From: an uncultured delta proteobacterium
Lineage (GTDB): Bacteria; Desulfobacterota; Binatia; UBA9968
Reading direction: 5' to 3'
Assembly: GCA_963728565.1 (NCBI GenBank)
Contig: CAVSLC010000013.1
Coordinates: forward strand, 224,001 to 288,000
Length of the DNA: 64,000 bases
Part shown: piece by piece, positions 61,265 through 64,000 of the stretch
How positions within the stretch are numbered: the stretch's first letter is position 1
How the letters are laid out: every line of letters starts with the position of its first letter
Notes under the pieces: generated by a model
Told to the model about the DNA's origin: nothing
Databases searched by the model: none
Seen by the model: the letters and a program-made list of their open reading frames with translations, nothing else
Translations under genes and position numbers: made by a program

Positions 61265-61819
61265 ATGGCCAGTCAAAATTTGCTCAGCATGGAAGCTTTC
61301 CTGGACGGCATCAACGATGTTCTCGGGCGCGGATTTACCACCGAGGATATTCATGCTCATCTACAGAAAACGTTGATCGAGCCGGATTCCCTGCAGCGCT
61401 ACATCTTTTTTCGTCCGGAGCGCTACACCCGTAATCTGGTCTTCAAAAACGAGTTCTTTGAGTTGCTGGTTATTTGCTGGAACATCGGCCAGCGGGCGCC
61501 GGTCCACGGCCATGAAGGCGAGCGTTGCTGGAGTCGGGTCGAGCAAGGCAGCCTGTTACTGTGCAACTACCGCGAATTTTCCGAGAACCCATTAGTGGTG
61601 CGGCAAATTGGCGAACCTTATCGGGGCGAGCGCGGTCATCTCGACGGCCCGGCCGATATTCACAGCGTGGCGAATCCGTCAATGGTGCCCGCGGTTAGCC
61701 TGCACCTCTATTCTCATCCCTACGATCAATGCGATATTTACGATCTTGAGAACAATCTAAAGCAGCGCGTCCGCCTACGTTACGACAGCATCGACGGCAA
61801 GATTGTAGAACCGTTCTAG
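61265..61819 (+). CDS. Cysteine dioxygenase family (cupin) protein
   Basis: YTRNLV, VHGHEGERC, IHSVAN, AVSLHLYS. Confidence 0.88.
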   Translation: MASQNLLSMEAFLDGINDVLGRGFTTEDIHAHLQKTLIEPDSLQRYIFFRPERYTRNLVFKNEFFELLVICWNIGQRAPVHGHEGERCWSRVEQGSLLLCNYREFSENPLVVRQIGEPYRGERGHLDGPADIHSVANPSMVPAVSLHLYSHPYDQCDIYDLENNLKQRVRLRYDSIDGKIVEPF

Positions 61820-62143
61820 ATCGCGCCTATCCCAACGCTGTTTGGATGCGGCATCTTCCGGCGGAGCGCCATTGCTCCTGCGGTGAAATCAATCAGACCT
61901 ACTGCCCCGACCGCCGTTAACTACAACCCAAAACGCGGTAGGAACCCACATCTGCAAGTGCACATGTTGCGTCAGTGATCATGCCATTGCGCAAGTCTTG
62001 TAAATGGGACGAGGGCAATCCTCTCATAAAGCATGATTCGGACGCGTGGCGAGCATACCCTACACAGGGAATACCATTTCGCGCCTACTCTCTGGCACCT
62101 GCTTTGCTCGGAGCAGCGATATTCCAGTCATATGGAGGTGGAG

Positions 62144-62596
62144 ATGAACGCTTTAGATCTACTTACCCAGGATCATCAAAAGGTAAGGCAGCTCTTCGAG
62201 CAGGCGCAACAGATTCGTGATAATGACGAAAAGAAAGAACTGTTTGATCAGATCGACACTGAATTAGCTGTCCACGCCGAGATTGAAGAGACGATTTTCT
62301 ATCCAGCCTTAGAGGAACACGACGACCTGAAAGACATGGTGCGGGAGTCGCGCGAGGAACACGAGCAGGTTGAGCAGCTACTTTTAGAAATAGAGGATTT
62401 AGCGACAGAGGACACTGATTTCACTTCCCAGCTCGCGCAATTAGAGAAGACCGTTGAGCATCACGTAGCCGAGGAAGAAGGGGAGATGTTTCCCAAGGTA
62501 CGTGAGATCTTCGATAAGGCCGCGCTTGAGCGCCTTGGCAAAGAGCTCGAATCGGCTAAGGGAAATCAGATGAATCCGGGGAAACAGATTGCCTGA
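62144..62596 (+). CDS. Hemerythrin/HHE-domain protein
   Basis: LTQDH, HAEIEETIFYP, EEH, HHVAEEE..MFP; GGAGG SD. Confidence 0.9.
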   Translation: MNALDLLTQDHQKVRQLFEQAQQIRDNDEKKELFDQIDTELAVHAEIEETIFYPALEEHDDLKDMVRESREEHEQVEQLLLEIEDLATEDTDFTSQLAQLEKTVEHHVAEEEGEMFPKVREIFDKAALERLGKELESAKGNQMNPGKQIA

Positions 62597-62724
62597 GATA
62601 CTTGCTTCTAGGTTTCCACCGGTTCGGTTCATTGTCCGCATCATCGTGCACAACATTTATCTCAGGTCGGGTGCAGATCGACTATCGGTGGGTCCTTCGA
62701 GTGAAGTTTACGTGGAATATAGAT

Positions 62725-63090
62725 ATGGCTCGAAGCGTTTTGCTAGTTGAAGATAGCTCACCTGCGCGGCGAAATATTGCGACATTTCTCGAGCGCGCCG
62801 GTTATCAAGTGGCTCAGGCAGATACAGGAGAAGATGCCGTTCGTATGCTTGAAGCCAGCGGCAATTTCGACGTGGTCGTAAGCGATTTGCGCATGCCGGG
62901 GATGATTAATGGTCTAGACGTTCTGTCCTTTCAAAATCGTATCGCTCCCCACGCCGGGTCGATTCTGATGACCGCCTTCGGCTCGGATCAGATAAGAGAT
63001 CAGACGAGACGGCTCGGCGCGGCTTATATCGAAAAGCCCGTCAAGTTGAATTCACTTCTGCTGGAGATTGAAAAACACACTAGCCGGTAG
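62725..63090 (+). CDS. Single-domain response regulator
   Basis: VLLVED, VVSDLRMPG, MTAFG, EKP. Confidence 0.88.
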   Translation: MARSVLLVEDSSPARRNIATFLERAGYQVAQADTGEDAVRMLEASGNFDVVVSDLRMPGMINGLDVLSFQNRIAPHAGSILMTAFGSDQIRDQTRRLGAAYIEKPVKLNSLLLEIEKHTSR

Positions 63091-63145
63091 CCCATAAATT
63101 TACCGAGACAACGCGGAAGTCAAGAATCGCCTTGGAGTCGCATCA

Positions 63146-64000
63146 TTGACACTTGATGAAGTCAAACTGATCACCGAGCTCTTACCGGACGCTTTCATTT
63201 TGCTCTCCGAGTCGGGGTCGATTCTAACTGCCAACCCGGCCGCTCTTGAGTTGTTTCGTGCGGATCATCTTATCGGTCTAGCGTTGGCTGATCTAGTAAT
63301 GGATCCGCCGTCAAAGGTCAGCGATTGGCTAAACCATTGGAGCTCCAGCCGGAGAATAAGCGCGCATTCCTTCAACTTGCAGTCAGACGGCACGGGTGTT
63401 CCCGTTCGCTGCGAGGGCCGCCTTCTTCAAGCTGGAACCACAAACAACCCTGCTCTGATTCTGGCTCGCTGCAGCCGGGAAAACGACGCCCCGGCCGCCG
63501 AGATAGTCGATCAGTTAAAAATAGAGATAGATTTGTTGCAAAAGCAGCTGATCCAGCAAAAGGCCCAAGATAGCCAACAGATAGCTGTTCTGCGCACTGC
63601 CGCTGCCGTTTTTGCGCACGAAATCGCCAACCCTTTAAATGTGGTGTCCACCTGCATGCAAATTCTCCAGACGGAGAATGAGCGACACAAAGATCGGGAT
63701 TTAGTTGGTCAGGAGATGATCGAAAGCGCATCTAGCGAGATCGAACGGTTGACGAGACTACTGAACGACTTCCGCTCCTTCGCCCGGCCTCAGGCCATTG
63801 ATTTTAGACCGACCCAGATAAGGAATGTCATCGAAGAAGCCCTCGCCTTGTATACAGCCGCCCTCAGCGCCAGAGGTATCGTCGTTGATCTTGATCTACA
63901 AACGTTGCCGGCGCTGATGCTTGATAGCGAAAAAATGAGAGAAGCTATCCTAAACGTATTGAAGAATGCTGAAGAAGCTATGCCCGGCGGCGGGCGCCTG
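63146..64000 (+). CDS. PAS-domain sensor histidine kinase (3'-truncated by window edge; absent from the ORF track)
   Basis: Open frame from TTG 63146: PAS-like LPDAFILL..ANPAA, H-box FAHEIANPL, N-box LNVLKNAEEAMPGGG. Confidence 0.85.
   Translation, partial: MTLDEVKLITELLPDAFILLSESGSILTANPAALELFRADHLIGLALADLVMDPPSKVSDWLNHWSSSRRISAHSFNLQSDGTGVPVRCEGRLLQAGTTNNPALILARCSRENDAPAAEIVDQLKIEIDLLQKQLIQQKAQDSQQIAVLRTAAAVFAHEIANPLNVVSTCMQILQTENERHKDRDLVGQEMIESASSEIERLTRLLNDFRSFARPQAIDFRPTQIRNVIEEALALYTAALSARGIVVDLDLQTLPALMLDSEKMREAILNVLKNAEEAMPGGGRL

Overview
Bacterial chromosomal window. Gene style (many orphan solute-binding proteins, LLM, amidohydrolase, UbiD and MmgE/PrpD enzymes) suggests a deltaproteobacteria-like lineage such as Candidatus Binatia; this is inference only. 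Left to right: phoU-phoB-phoR and DUF47-pit; recR-ybaB-dnaX with SRP RNA and tRNA-Ser(GGA); an ~11 kb accessory stretch ending at tRNA-Ser(CGA)/tadA; orphan SBPs; a minus-strand catabolic cluster (M24, enolase superfamily, opine dehydrogenase, LLM, ABC transporter, M20); a two-gene NDT-like/TPR/SLOG-like plus patatin module (candidate defence system); an atypical glycine-reductase-like selenoprotein cluster; UbiD, SDR and two phytoene-desaturase-like oxidoreductases; ravA-viaA-cysteine dioxygenase; and hemerythrin, response regulator and PAS histidine kinase. The main result is the Grd-like cluster (38.7-49 kb). The ORF track splits or truncates grdA and grdB at in-frame UGA codons. These lie in CxxU and UxxC motifs and are each followed by an 8-bp SECIS-like hairpin, so both genes encode selenoproteins. 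The cluster has three GrdE-like paralogues that all lack the pyruvoyl-forming cysteine motif, a GrdB with UxxCxxS instead of UxxCxxC, interleaved solute-binding proteins, and no grdD or thioredoxin genes. This points to a reductase for an unknown substrate. Many genes carry single-base frameshifts that look like long-read assembly errors. Several structured intergenic repeat families are present.
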